Source: an uncultured Verrucomicrobiae bacterium
Lineage (GTDB): Bacteria > Verrucomicrobiota > Verrucomicrobiia > Chthoniobacterales > Terrimicrobiaceae
Length of the DNA stretch: 64,000 bases
NCBI GenBank assembly: GCA_963706955.1
Contig: CAVPOC010000004.1
Coordinates: 1 to 64,000, forward strand
Direction: 5' to 3'
The translations under genes were made by a program, and so were the position numbers. Below the pieces are notes generated by a model. It saw nothing but the letters and a program-made list of their open reading frames with translations. It was not told the origin of the DNA and made no database searches. This document shows, in pieces, positions 43,156 to 52,616 of this stretch. Position 1 is the stretch's first letter. Each line of letters begins with the position of its first letter.

Positions 43156-44019
43156 GCCGCCACGAGCCGATGGATCGATACGACTACCCGCCATGCCATC
43201 TCGACATTATGAACGCGAAACAAGTAGGCGCCGCGCAGCATACCCGCAACAATGCAGGCCGCGGTGGCTGGATCGCGGTCGTTCGGGTCGGCGATCCCAA
43301 GAACCTCTCCGATGACGCTCTTGCGCGAAACGGGCAAGAGAAGCGGGCGTCCGAACTCGTGGAACTTGTCGAGCTCACGAAAGATCCGCAGGTTATCCTC
43401 GACTTGCTTGGCAAAGTCTATTCCTGGGTCGAGAACGATCCCTTCGCGCGGCACACCGGCCTGTTCGGCAAGGTGAATCTTCTCGCGGAAGAATCGAAGC
43501 ATTTCGTCGATTGCGTTCTGGTAAAAGATGTGGGTGTGTGAAATCTTTGGCGATCCCACGGCATGGATAATCAGCAACGCAGCGCCGGTTTGCGCGCAGA
43601 TCTGCGCGTTGCGCCCGTCGTGAAGGGCGCTGAGATCGTTGAGCAGATGCCCGCTGGATCGGAGTGCGACCGCGGCTACTTCGGGGCGCCAGGTATTGAT
43701 CGACAGCAAAGGGGGAAAGACTTGCTGAGCGTCTCTGGGCGGGATGTCCCTCCAGACTTCTTCGAACCGCTCCAAAAAGGGATAGCAGGCGTCGCCATTC
43801 CTCTTCCGGGGTGATGGCGGCTCGATTGGTTCGCGCGCTTTCGCCGCCCACGTCGACGATGTCCGCTCCTTGGGTGACGAGCTCACGTGCCTTCTCGATA
43901 GCCCACTGGGAATCAATTCGCCCGTCACCGCAAAAGGAGTCGTCGTTGATATTGACGATTCCCATGATCAGCGGGCGTCGCGGAAAGCGGACGCATCGGT
44001 CACGGGCAAGCAGTTCCAT
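43152..44019 (-). CDS. folP: Dihydropteroate synthase (apparent indel at about 43790)
   Basis: MGIVNINDDSF and DIVDVGGESAR, then LLND, LDPGIDFAK, SRKS and FRVHNV. Confidence 0.9.
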
Positions 44020-44069
44020 CTTGTTTTAGGAAGCATTCTCTTTCAGGCTTGGTGCCTGTTGCAACAGCC

Positions 44070-45122
44070 ATGAGTTTCATCGATACGATTTTTGCCAAGC
44101 TAAAGCGCCATCCGAAGCGCATTGTCTTCCCCGACGGAGATGATCCGCGGGTTGTGCGTGCCTGCCACGCGTTCTACGAGAAAAAAGTAGGGATTCCGGT
44201 ATTGATCGGAAATCGTGAGGTCATCGAGCGCGTCGCTGTCGCGGAAAAGGTCAGCCTGGACCATGTGGCGATCGTCAATCCGGAAACATCCTCCGATCTG
44301 CCGGTATTCTGCGAACGCTTCGACAAGATCGAACGCTACAAGAAGACTGGGACCAGAGACACGCGCTCACTCATGACGAATCCGAACTATTTTGCCGCCA
44401 TGATGCTGCAGTTCGGGCAGGTGGATGCATTGGTCGGAGGCGTCAACAGCTATTCAGGGTCGCTCCTGCGTCCGCTCATCCAGCTGGTCAAACCCTTGCC
44501 GCATTCCCCGTTCATTTCGGGTTGTCTCGTCGCGGAAGTTCCCGACAAGAAGTTCGGCGATGACGGAGTGCTCTTCTTGGCGGACTGTGGAGTAGTTCCT
44601 GACCCGAACGTCGAGCAGCTCGCGTCTATCGCGGTGCAGACCGGCTTGGTGGCGCGACAGGTCTTCGGAACGCGGCCGCGGATCGCCATGCTGAGCTTTT
44701 CCACGAAGGGCAGCGCAAAGACGCCCTCGACTGAGAAGGTCGCCCGAGCGGTGGCCATCGTCCGTGAACTCGCCGACCGTTTGGGCGTTGAGATTGCGGT
44801 TGATGGCGAGATGCAGGCGGACGCAGCGCTCATTTCCGAGATCGCCCAGCGAAAGATGGGGCCGAGCACCGTCGGAGGAAAAGCAAACGTCCTGATATTT
44901 CCCGACCTCAATAGTGGCAATATCGGAGCAAAGCTTGTCCAGTATATCGGAGGCGCTCGCGTCTACGGGCAGATTCTGCTGGGTCTTTCGCGGCCCGCGG
45001 CCGATATGTCACGCGGTGCAGAGGTAGACGACATCGTAGCAGTTGCTGCCTTGGTTGGCCTCCAGGCTGTTGAGTATCGGAAGCTCTATCCAGCCGAAGT
45101 GGTCGAACCCGACGTGGTCTAA
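44070..45122 (+). CDS. pta: Phosphate acetyltransferase, short catalytic-only form
   Basis: RIVFPDG, LADCGVVPDP, AMLSFSTKGS, DGEMQADAA, FPDLNSGNIG and DMSRG motifs. Confidence 0.88.
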   Translation: MSFIDTIFAKLKRHPKRIVFPDGDDPRVVRACHAFYEKKVGIPVLIGNREVIERVAVAEKVSLDHVAIVNPETSSDLPVFCERFDKIERYKKTGTRDTRSLMTNPNYFAAMMLQFGQVDALVGGVNSYSGSLLRPLIQLVKPLPHSPFISGCLVAEVPDKKFGDDGVLFLADCGVVPDPNVEQLASIAVQTGLVARQVFGTRPRIAMLSFSTKGSAKTPSTEKVARAVAIVRELADRLGVEIAVDGEMQADAALISEIAQRKMGPSTVGGKANVLIFPDLNSGNIGAKLVQYIGGARVYGQILLGLSRPAADMSRGAEVDDIVAVAALVGLQAVEYRKLYPAEVVEPDVV

Positions 45123-45170
45123 GATGCTGGGCGCTGACCACTAGCGAAACTCGCCGCCGCAATTCCTTCT

Positions 45171-46286
45171 TTGAATACTACCACCCCGCGCATCTTCATC
45201 GCGGCCACCGAGCAAAATACCGGTAAAACGACCACTTCGCTCGGTCTCTACGCTGCGCTTCGGGAGAAGTTCGGCCGAATTGGATTCATCAAACCGGTTG
45301 GCCAGCGCTTCGTCGAGTTCGAAGGCAAAAATGTCGACGAGGACAGTGTCCTGATCCGTCAAACTTTCGGAACCCAGGTTCCGATCGAGGACATGAGCCC
45401 GATTGCCGTCGAGCCAAAATTTACCCGACGCTATATCAATCAGGCAAACAACGACTCGCTCGTCCAACGTATTCAGCAATCCTTTGATCGGGTAACATGG
45501 GAAAAGGACTTTGCGATTATCGAAGGTACCGGCCATGCGGGAGTCGGGAGTGTCTTCGACCTTTCGAATGCCCGCGTTGCCCGAATCGTGCGCAGCAAGG
45601 TGATCCTGGTCACGCCGGCGGGTATTGGGCGTCCGATCGATGAGGCGGCAGTCAACAAAGCACTCTTTGACAAGGAGAATGTTGAGGTGATTGGGGTTGT
45701 CATGAATAAGGTGCTTCCGGAAAAACTCGAATCGATCGCTGAGATTGCCCGGAAAGGGTTCGAACGACTCGGACTCGAATTGCTGGGGGTGATTCCTCGA
45801 GAGAACATGCTCGAGCAATCGACGCTCGAGCGAATTTGTGAAGACATCAGCGGATCTTTTCTGCATCGAACCAAGGATGATCGCACCCGAGTCGCTCGCG
45901 TCCGCATTGGGGCGATGAGTTCTGCCAATGTTTTCCGTCGCGTCGGCGAAAAGACGCTCCTGGTCGTGCCAGGCGATCGCGAGAATGTTGTCCGCTCGGT
46001 GCTGAGGCGTTTGACCGAGCACTCTCGCCCGTTTTGCGGCATTGTCTTGTCGGATGACATCCAACCTTCGCAGGCTCTGATGGAGGAGATCGACGAGTCG
46101 TCGCTGTCGGTCGTCAGCTCCCCGCTGGATAGCTACTCTATCGCAACCCGAATTCTGTCGATGAATGTGAAAACGCTTCCTGGCGATCTTGAGAAGATCG
46201 CGCGCATTCAGGATTTGGTCAGCGCGCACGTAAACGTGGCTCGTCTCCTTGAAAAGATCGGGCTGCCGAATCCGCGTTTCTCCTGA
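45171..46286 (+). CDS. BioD-like P-loop (AAA_26) + DRTGG protein, homologous to the N-terminal part of long Pta
   Basis: NTGKTT, FIKPVG, IIEGTGH, GVVMNK, IGAM and PGDR motifs. Confidence 0.85.
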   Translation: MNTTTPRIFIAATEQNTGKTTTSLGLYAALREKFGRIGFIKPVGQRFVEFEGKNVDEDSVLIRQTFGTQVPIEDMSPIAVEPKFTRRYINQANNDSLVQRIQQSFDRVTWEKDFAIIEGTGHAGVGSVFDLSNARVARIVRSKVILVTPAGIGRPIDEAAVNKALFDKENVEVIGVVMNKVLPEKLESIAEIARKGFERLGLELLGVIPRENMLEQSTLERICEDISGSFLHRTKDDRTRVARVRIGAMSSANVFRRVGEKTLLVVPGDRENVVRSVLRRLTEHSRPFCGIVLSDDIQPSQALMEEIDESSLSVVSSPLDSYSIATRILSMNVKTLPGDLEKIARIQDLVSAHVNVARLLEKIGLPNPRFS

Positions 46287-46314
46287 TCCGGTCGGTCAAT
46301 CTTTCCCAGAAACA

Positions 46315-46343
46315 TTGACAGAGGGTATCGCTTGCTTCTTAAT
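46315..46343 (+). promoter_or_regulatory. Putative sigma-70 promoter of hpnH-shc, probably leaderless
   Basis: TTGACA-17nt-CTTAAT-8nt-ATG, with no Shine-Dalgarno sequence. Confidence 0.55.
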
Positions 46344-46351
46344 CCCGGCCC

Positions 46352-47659
46352 ATGAGGTTCCCGCTGCCCCTCACGGCGAAGATAGCAAAATATATCATCG
46401 GTAAGAAGCTGCGGGGCGTGGAGAAGTTCGCGACCGTCTTGCAGCTTGAACCGCTGCACACCTGTAACCTTACCTGCACCGGCTGTGGTCGGATTCGCGA
46501 GTACTCCACTTCGCTCAAGGACGTGATGCGTCTTGAGGATTGTCTTGGCGCCGCAGTGGAGTGCGGCGCGCCGATGGTGTCAATTTGCGGTGGCGAGCCG
46601 CTCATCTATCCGCAAGTCGAGGCGCTCGTGAACGGTTTACTTGATCAAAGTAGGATCGTTTACGTCTGCACCAATGGGATGTTCATGCGAAAGAAGATGA
46701 GGGAGTACCTGGCGGACAAACTCGTGCGAAGCCATGGCTCGAACGGCGATGAAAACGCACTAAACAGCACTCTTGAGGTGCTTCTTTCTGAGGAACTGAT
46801 CACGCCCGCGCAAATGGAGGAAATTCGTAAGGGGAAAACCAAGCCGGGCTCTCCAGTGATCGCTCCGTCACCGTGGATGTATTGGAACGTTCATCTCGAT
46901 GGCCTGGAGCGCACGCACGACCTCATTGTCGAGCGAGAGGGAGTCTTCAAGGAGTGCATCGCCGCCATCCGCATGGCCAAAATCCTCGGCTACCGAGTCG
47001 CCACCAATACCACCGTCTACAAAGAGACCGATATGGGCGAACTCGAGCAAATGTACGACTACCTGTCGTGGCTCGGAGTCGATGGGCATACCATTTCACC
47101 GGGGTACGATTACGACGCGGCCAAGGAGGACATGCGCAAGCGACTCAACCTCCAGCCAGAAAACTTTTTTCTGACGCGCGCGATGACCAAGGAGAAGTTC
47201 AAGGACATCCGCGAGTGGGGTAGCCGCTATACTTTTTTTGGAACTCCGATCTACTTGGACTTCCTCGCGGGAAAGCGCGAGTTGACCTGCTCGGCATGGG
47301 CGATTCCAACGCGCAACGTCCGGGGCTGGAAAGCGCCTTGCTACCTGATGACCGACGGTCACTATTCGAGTTATCGCGAGCTCCTCGAGAAAACTGACTG
47401 GCAGAAGTACGGGGTGGTCGACGGCGTCGCGCGCGACAAGCGTTGCGAAAATTGCATGGTCCACTGCGGCTATGAGCCCAGCGCCACTCTCGGCCGCTGT
47501 GCTCAACCAGGCGATACCTGGCAGAACGTCGCCTTTAATTTCGCACCCAAACCGGCCCCGCGGACCGCAGGCGCTAGCGTCAACCCGTTCAACGGCGTGA
47601 CCGCCGGGAACGGTCACAAGACTGGGCGCCCAAAGAAACAACAACCTGCTGCCGCCTAA
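46352..47659 (+). CDS. hpnH: Adenosylhopane synthase radical SAM enzyme (HpnH, DUF3463 C-domain)
   Basis: LEPLHTCNLTCTGCGRI (CxxxCxxC), ECGAPMVSICGGEPL, VHLDG, PCYL and RCENCMVHCGYE. Adjacent to shc. Confidence 0.9.
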   Translation: MRFPLPLTAKIAKYIIGKKLRGVEKFATVLQLEPLHTCNLTCTGCGRIREYSTSLKDVMRLEDCLGAAVECGAPMVSICGGEPLIYPQVEALVNGLLDQSRIVYVCTNGMFMRKKMREYLADKLVRSHGSNGDENALNSTLEVLLSEELITPAQMEEIRKGKTKPGSPVIAPSPWMYWNVHLDGLERTHDLIVEREGVFKECIAAIRMAKILGYRVATNTTVYKETDMGELEQMYDYLSWLGVDGHTISPGYDYDAAKEDMRKRLNLQPENFFLTRAMTKEKFKDIREWGSRYTFFGTPIYLDFLAGKRELTCSAWAIPTRNVRGWKAPCYLMTDGHYSSYRELLEKTDWQKYGVVDGVARDKRCENCMVHCGYEPSATLGRCAQPGDTWQNVAFNFAPKPAPRTAGASVNPFNGVTAGNGHKTGRPKKQQPAAA

Positions 47660-47727
47660 ATGACAGCGTGGTTGTCAAGATTGCCCGACCGCGCCTATTC
47701 GGAGTCGGACTTTCTTGGAGATAGCGC

Positions 47728-49707
47728 ATGAAGAGCGCTGTTGCCAACAAGGTCCTGCCGTTTGAAGTTCCGGAGCTCTCCGTCCTGGAGCGGCCGATTT
47801 CCCTTGAGGAAGGAATTCGCCGCTCGCAAGCGAACCTCCTCGGTCTTCAGCAATCGGATGGTCACTGGGAAGGCGAGCTGATCGCTGATGTCACTCTCTG
47901 CTGCGATTACATCATCTACATGCATTGGCTCGGAAAGGTCGACGAAGCCCTGCAGGCCAAATGCGCGGCCCACATCCGCCGACGGCAGCTCGCCGATGGG
48001 GGATGGAACATTTTCATCGGCGGACCCAGCGAGATCAACGCCTCGGTCAAAGCATATTTCGCGCTGAAGTTAGCGGGAGACTCTCCTAACGCCGCGTGGA
48101 TGCGCGAAGCTCGCGCCAATGTTCTTCGGCTCGGGGGCATCCCGCAGATCAATACTTATGGAAAGCTTTACCTGGCCTTGCTCGGACAATTTCCGTGGCG
48201 ATACCTTCCCACGATTCCGCCGGAGATCTTTCTCTTTCCCAAGTGGTTCTTCTTCAATCTGTATGAAATGTCGTCGTGGAGCCGAACAATTATTGCCCCG
48301 CTCACGATTCTGAATCATTACAGACCGACGCGGCAGCTTCCTTCGGCCATGCGGCTCCATGAGCTGTATCCGGCGGGGCTCGAAAATACCGATCTCTCAC
48401 TCAAGAGACATCCGCGATTTTGGGCTTGGCGGAACTTCTTCTTACGTTGCGACAAATTTCTGAAGTTGTATGACCGCCTGCCGATTCATCCGTTGCGGCA
48501 GCGCGCTCTCAAAGCCGCCGAGGCGTGGATGGTTGAACGCATGGGTGAGGGAAGCGAGGGACTCAGTGCGATCTTCCCAGCGATGCTGAACGCGATGATG
48601 GCGCTGCGGGTTCTCGGCTACCCCGACGAGCACCCTTTGGTGAAGAAAGCGGATAAGGACTTTGCCCATTTCTTCGTGGACGATCCGGAGGACTTTCGTA
48701 TCCAACCATGTCTCTCGCCCGTCTGGGATACCGCCATTACCACGATTGCGCTTGCCGAATCCGGTCTCGCCAAAGATCACGCGGCTCTGCAGAAGTCGGC
48801 CGCCTATCTGGAAGAGAAGGAGGTCCGTTTCGAGGGCGATTGGGCGACGCACGTTCCCGACGTGGAACCGAGTGGCTGGGCCTTCGAGCACCAAAACAAG
48901 TACTATCCTGACACTGATGACACCATGATGGTGCTCATGGCGCTGCGTCATGTCACTCCGACTGACTCTCTTCGACGTCGCGCGCAGAACGAGCGCGCTT
49001 TGAAATGGCTACTGGCCTTCCAATGCGAGGATGGAGGCTGGGCGGCCTTTGACAAGGATGTCACCGCGCGTTGGCTCGAGCATGTGCCCTTCGCTGACCA
49101 CAACGCCATCCTCGATCCGACTTGTTCAGACCTGACCGGCCGGGTCCTGGAGCTGCTCGGAGCCTGCGGCTTCGATCGACAAAGTCTTCCCGTTCGCCGC
49201 GCCGTTGAGATGATTCGCCGCACCCAGGAGGCCGATGGTTCCTGGTATGGACGCTGGGGTGTCAATTACATCTATGGAACCTGGCAGATCCTGCGGGGGC
49301 TCGCCGCCATCGGCGAAAACATGAAGCAGGAATGGATCCGCCGCGGCCGCGACTGGCTGGAGAGTTGTCAGAACGATGATGGAGGCTGGGGCGAGACTTG
49401 CGAGTCGTACAACTTTCCCGCTCTCAAGGGTCGCGGACCGAGTACTGCCAGCCAGACTGCCTGGGCAGTGATGGGACTTTGCGCCTGCGGCGATGGAAGT
49501 CGCCCCTCCATAGTTCGCGGCGTAGAGTTTCTCTTGCGCAGCCAGAACGATGACGGCTCGTGGACCGAAGACTTCACCACCGGCACCGGCTTTCCATGCG
49601 TCTTCTATCTTAAGTACGACATGTATCGCCAGCACTTCCCGCTCCTTGCCCTGGCGACTTATCGCAAGATGTCGGGAATATCAGCCGCGCGCTCGAAACT
49701 TAGCTAA
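47728..49707 (+). CDS. shc: Squalene-hopene cyclase
   Basis: YYPDTDDT (DxDD), QW repeats (QQSDGHW, QLADGGW, QCEDGGW, QEADGSW, QNDDGGW, QNDDGSW) and TGTGFP..FYLKY. Confidence 0.97.
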   Translation: MKSAVANKVLPFEVPELSVLERPISLEEGIRRSQANLLGLQQSDGHWEGELIADVTLCCDYIIYMHWLGKVDEALQAKCAAHIRRRQLADGGWNIFIGGPSEINASVKAYFALKLAGDSPNAAWMREARANVLRLGGIPQINTYGKLYLALLGQFPWRYLPTIPPEIFLFPKWFFFNLYEMSSWSRTIIAPLTILNHYRPTRQLPSAMRLHELYPAGLENTDLSLKRHPRFWAWRNFFLRCDKFLKLYDRLPIHPLRQRALKAAEAWMVERMGEGSEGLSAIFPAMLNAMMALRVLGYPDEHPLVKKADKDFAHFFVDDPEDFRIQPCLSPVWDTAITTIALAESGLAKDHAALQKSAAYLEEKEVRFEGDWATHVPDVEPSGWAFEHQNKYYPDTDDTMMVLMALRHVTPTDSLRRRAQNERALKWLLAFQCEDGGWAAFDKDVTARWLEHVPFADHNAILDPTCSDLTGRVLELLGACGFDRQSLPVRRAVEMIRRTQEADGSWYGRWGVNYIYGTWQILRGLAAIGENMKQEWIRRGRDWLESCQNDDGGWGETCESYNFPALKGRGPSTASQTAWAVMGLCACGDGSRPSIVRGVEFLLRSQNDDGSWTEDFTTGTGFPCVFYLKYDMYRQHFPLLALATYRKMSGISAARSKLS

Positions 49708-49724
49708 GACACGAGGAGCGCTCT

Positions 49725-49780
49725 CGCGGCGGTGTCCCCACCGCCGACGATTCCTCGACCGAGGACACGGTCGCTATAAC
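49725..49780. repeat. GTAG-type REP doublet (REPIN-like), copy 3
   Basis: cgCGGCGGTGtcccCACCGCCG ... CGACCGaggacaCGGTCGctataac, immediately downstream of shc. Confidence 0.75.
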
Positions 49781-49783
49781 AAA

Positions 49784-49949
49784 AGCCAGAACGATAATGG
49801 GTCCTGGACCGGAAGACTTCACCACCGGGGCCATTTTTCGTGCCTGCTAGCTTAAGTGCGGCAGCACTACCGCTCCTGCGCTTGGCGACTATCAGAAGAT
49901 GGCGGGATCATCTGCCACGCGCCCTAAGCTTCGCTGGGCCACGAGGAGC
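49784..49949 (+). pseudogene. Decayed second copy of the shc 3' end
   Basis: Aligns by eye to 49540-49719 (AGCCAGAACGAT...TGGACC..GAAGACTTCACCACCGG...CTTAAGT...CAGCAC..CCGCTCCT..TGGCGACT..AAGATG..ACGAGGAGC), with substitutions and indels. Confidence 0.85.
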
Positions 49950-50909
49950 TACAAGAATTTCTCGATCTCCTTTAGGGTTTCGCGAAGCGCCCGATGGCCG
50001 AAGTGGCCTTGTCTAACCTCGAGAAGCTTCGTGCCGGTCCAGCGATCCCGTAGCTCGAGAAGTTCGCTGCGCGGAGAGATGCTGTCGTAAAGTCCGGCAG
50101 TGATAATGACCCGCTCTCCTCCGCAGAGGGGAACTCCATGCAGAGGTGAGCTTAGATGTGCATGGCGGACGCTTTCAGCCGGGAGAATGCCTTGGGAGCT
50201 GAGCAGTCTCCGCATCAGGACGGCGCCGGGATTGTCCCAGATGGCATGCTCGACATTGACGATCGGCTGGATCAAGGCAACGAAGCGGAAATCGCTCTCG
50301 AGGAAGCTGAGCAACGCCCCATTCCAGCCGCCATAACTGGTGCCAATCAACCCAAACTCAGTACAGCCGAGCGCGCGGAGCAGGGCCATGAGTTGACGCA
50401 ACTCGGTGACGCCTTGTCGGAGGGTTTCGCCGTTGCGGACAAGGTTTGCCGTGATGGCCAGTTCGCCATTGAGATAGCCGCGCGGTCTTCGAGAATAGTG
50501 AAACGGGAGATGCGGGAAAATCGCGTTCCAACCACGTTCGTTCAGCCAGCGCGCCACCCGAAGGTAACCGATGTCACTTGCGCTCATCAGGGCATGCAAC
50601 AAGAGAATTGTCGGAGCGGAAGGCCCGCCTCTTCCGATGTGAAACCGCACGCGAGCCCGGTCGTTCTCCGCGAATCCGCTTAAGACCGGTGCATCCCATT
50701 CGATCCAGTTCCCGGTCTCACGTTTTCCAGTGACCGGCGGCGGACGATAGAATTCCTCGCGCGAAAGCGTCGAGCATGTCGACAAATAAGTCTGAAGCTC
50801 TTGCAAGGAGCAAATATTTGCCCGGTGTCGCCATTGCAAAGCGTTCATCGTGCCACACAAGAGCGCCGTCCAACGCACAAGCAACAGCCCGCTCCAGTGC
50901 TTGTTTCAT
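49949..50909 (-). CDS. Alpha/beta hydrolase (ABHD18/DUF2048-like), apparent indel near the start
   Basis: LHAL, LPFHYSRRP, GTSYGG nucleophile elbow, YD and GH. N-terminus MKQALERAVACALD is in another frame. Confidence 0.78.
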
Positions 50910-50961
50910 CGGTCGGACACTGCTTTCGGCGGAATATTAAATGAATGGCGAATGAATGATC

Positions 50962-51773
50962 TTATGGTTCTTTCATGCGCACTTTTGGAGGATGTGGCAA
51001 GTCGGCTGGTGTCAGCCCGAAGTCCTCGTAGAGGCGCTCCTTGAGTTTTACAATCTCCGAACTGAACAACTGCCGCGCGAAGTCCTTTGATGTGGTTGCC
51101 TGCTTCCTGCGGCGGTGGAATGGAATTCCCGCAGCCAATCCAGATCTTGGGGCGACGCCACGGAAGCCAGTTCCGAAGATTATAGAGGCGGTCGCTGCCC
51201 AGGATCACACACGGAATAATCGGCGCCCGCGCGAGCGTGCTCAGCAGGGTGAGCACCTTGCTTCATTTCTGCGCCGTTAATGATCGATCCAGGGCCATCT
51301 CGAATTCCTCCCTCGGGAAAAATTCCGACCACGCGCCCCTCCCGGAGTCGCTTTACTGCGATACGCAAGGCGGCGCGATCGGCCTCATTGCGCGCAATGG
51401 GGATCACATTCAAGCCCGTAAAGAATCCTCGAAGAATGCGGCCACGGAAGAGATCGGACATGCCGATCCAATCGATTCTGCGCGGGAAAAGCGGGGTAAT
51501 AATCGGCGGATCGAAGTGACTAATATGGTTGGAGGCGAGAATAAATCCACCCTTCTTCGGGATCTCATGATAGTAGACCACGCGAATCCGGGCATTCATC
51601 CCAAAGAGCATCCGCATCGTATGGTTGCTGAATTGCCACAGGGATTCGCGCCAGATGCGTTCGGCAAGATGCACGCTTAACCTGCCGGATCGCTTCAATC
51701 GCGCGTGCGTTCCAAAGATCCCGAGCGGATCGTCGTGATACCCGGGCCCGACAACGATTCTGGATCGCTTCAT
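50962..51773 (-). CDS. Lysophospholipid acyltransferase (PlsC family), apparent indels at about 51255 and 51050
   Basis: NHISHFD (HxxxxD), IPIAR, IFPEG and PIIP motifs. The probable C-terminus FGLTPADLPHPPKVRMKEP* is in a third frame. Confidence 0.82.
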
Positions 51774-52574
51774 GACTCGGTCTTCGTGAAAAACCTTCGT
51801 TGCTTTTCGCTGATTGGCTTCCCGAGCCTCTCCAGCACTTGCAGCATGTCTTCCCAGACCTTGCGCTTTTCGACCACGGATTGGTTGCGCAACAAGTAGG
51901 CGGGGTGATAGGTGGGCATGACCGGGATCCCGTGAAAATCCAGCCAGCGTCCCCGCAATTTGTTCACCGCTGTCTTGGCGCCGAGCAAGCCCTCCAGGGC
52001 GGTCGCGCCTAAGGCCACCATCACGCGCGGTTTGATGAGCTCGATTTGCTTTTCGAGCCAAGGCAGGCAGGTCTTCATCTCTTCAGGAGTCGGCTTCCGA
52101 TTCCCGGAAATACCCGGCGGCATGTCAGGACGGCATTTCAGGACGTTGGCAATGTAAACGTCCTCGCGCCGAAAGCCCATCGCCTCGATGATCTTGGTGA
52201 GAAGTTGCCCCGCACGCCCGACGAATGGCTCGCCTTGAGCATCCTCATCGGCTCCAGGCGCCTCGCCGACAAACATGAGTTCGGCCTTTGCATTGCCAAC
52301 GCCAAAGACAACCTGAGTGCGACTTCTTGCCAGATGCGGGCATCTGACGACAAACCAGCGCCGCCTCACGTAACGCCGCAAATACGCCCTCGTGTGTCGG
52401 ATCGCGAGATGCTCCATCGGCTGCTGGTTCAGGAGTGCGCGTCTCACGAGTTGGAGCTGTCTTCAGTTTTTCGAGGGACTCGCTCGAAACGGTCGGATAA
52501 GGTCCGAAACCATCCTTGATTCGGGTGAGAATCGACAGAGTTTCTCCAAGGGCCTCTTGAAAGGAGTCTTTCAC
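51770..52574 (-). CDS. Uracil-DNA glycosylase family 4 (apparent indel at about 52350)
   Basis: CPHL, VGEAPGADED, GEPFVGRAG, NVLKCRP and TYHPAYLLR motifs. Confidence 0.9.
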
Positions 52575-52616
52575 GGGAGATCTTTCGCAAATCGGACGCT
52601 CTGCACTCAAGGTTTC

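Noticed and set aside
49540..49949. shc tail repeat as a diversity-generating retroelement TR/VR pair
   Set aside because: The differences are not adenine-specific and include indels, and no reverse transcriptase is present in the window.
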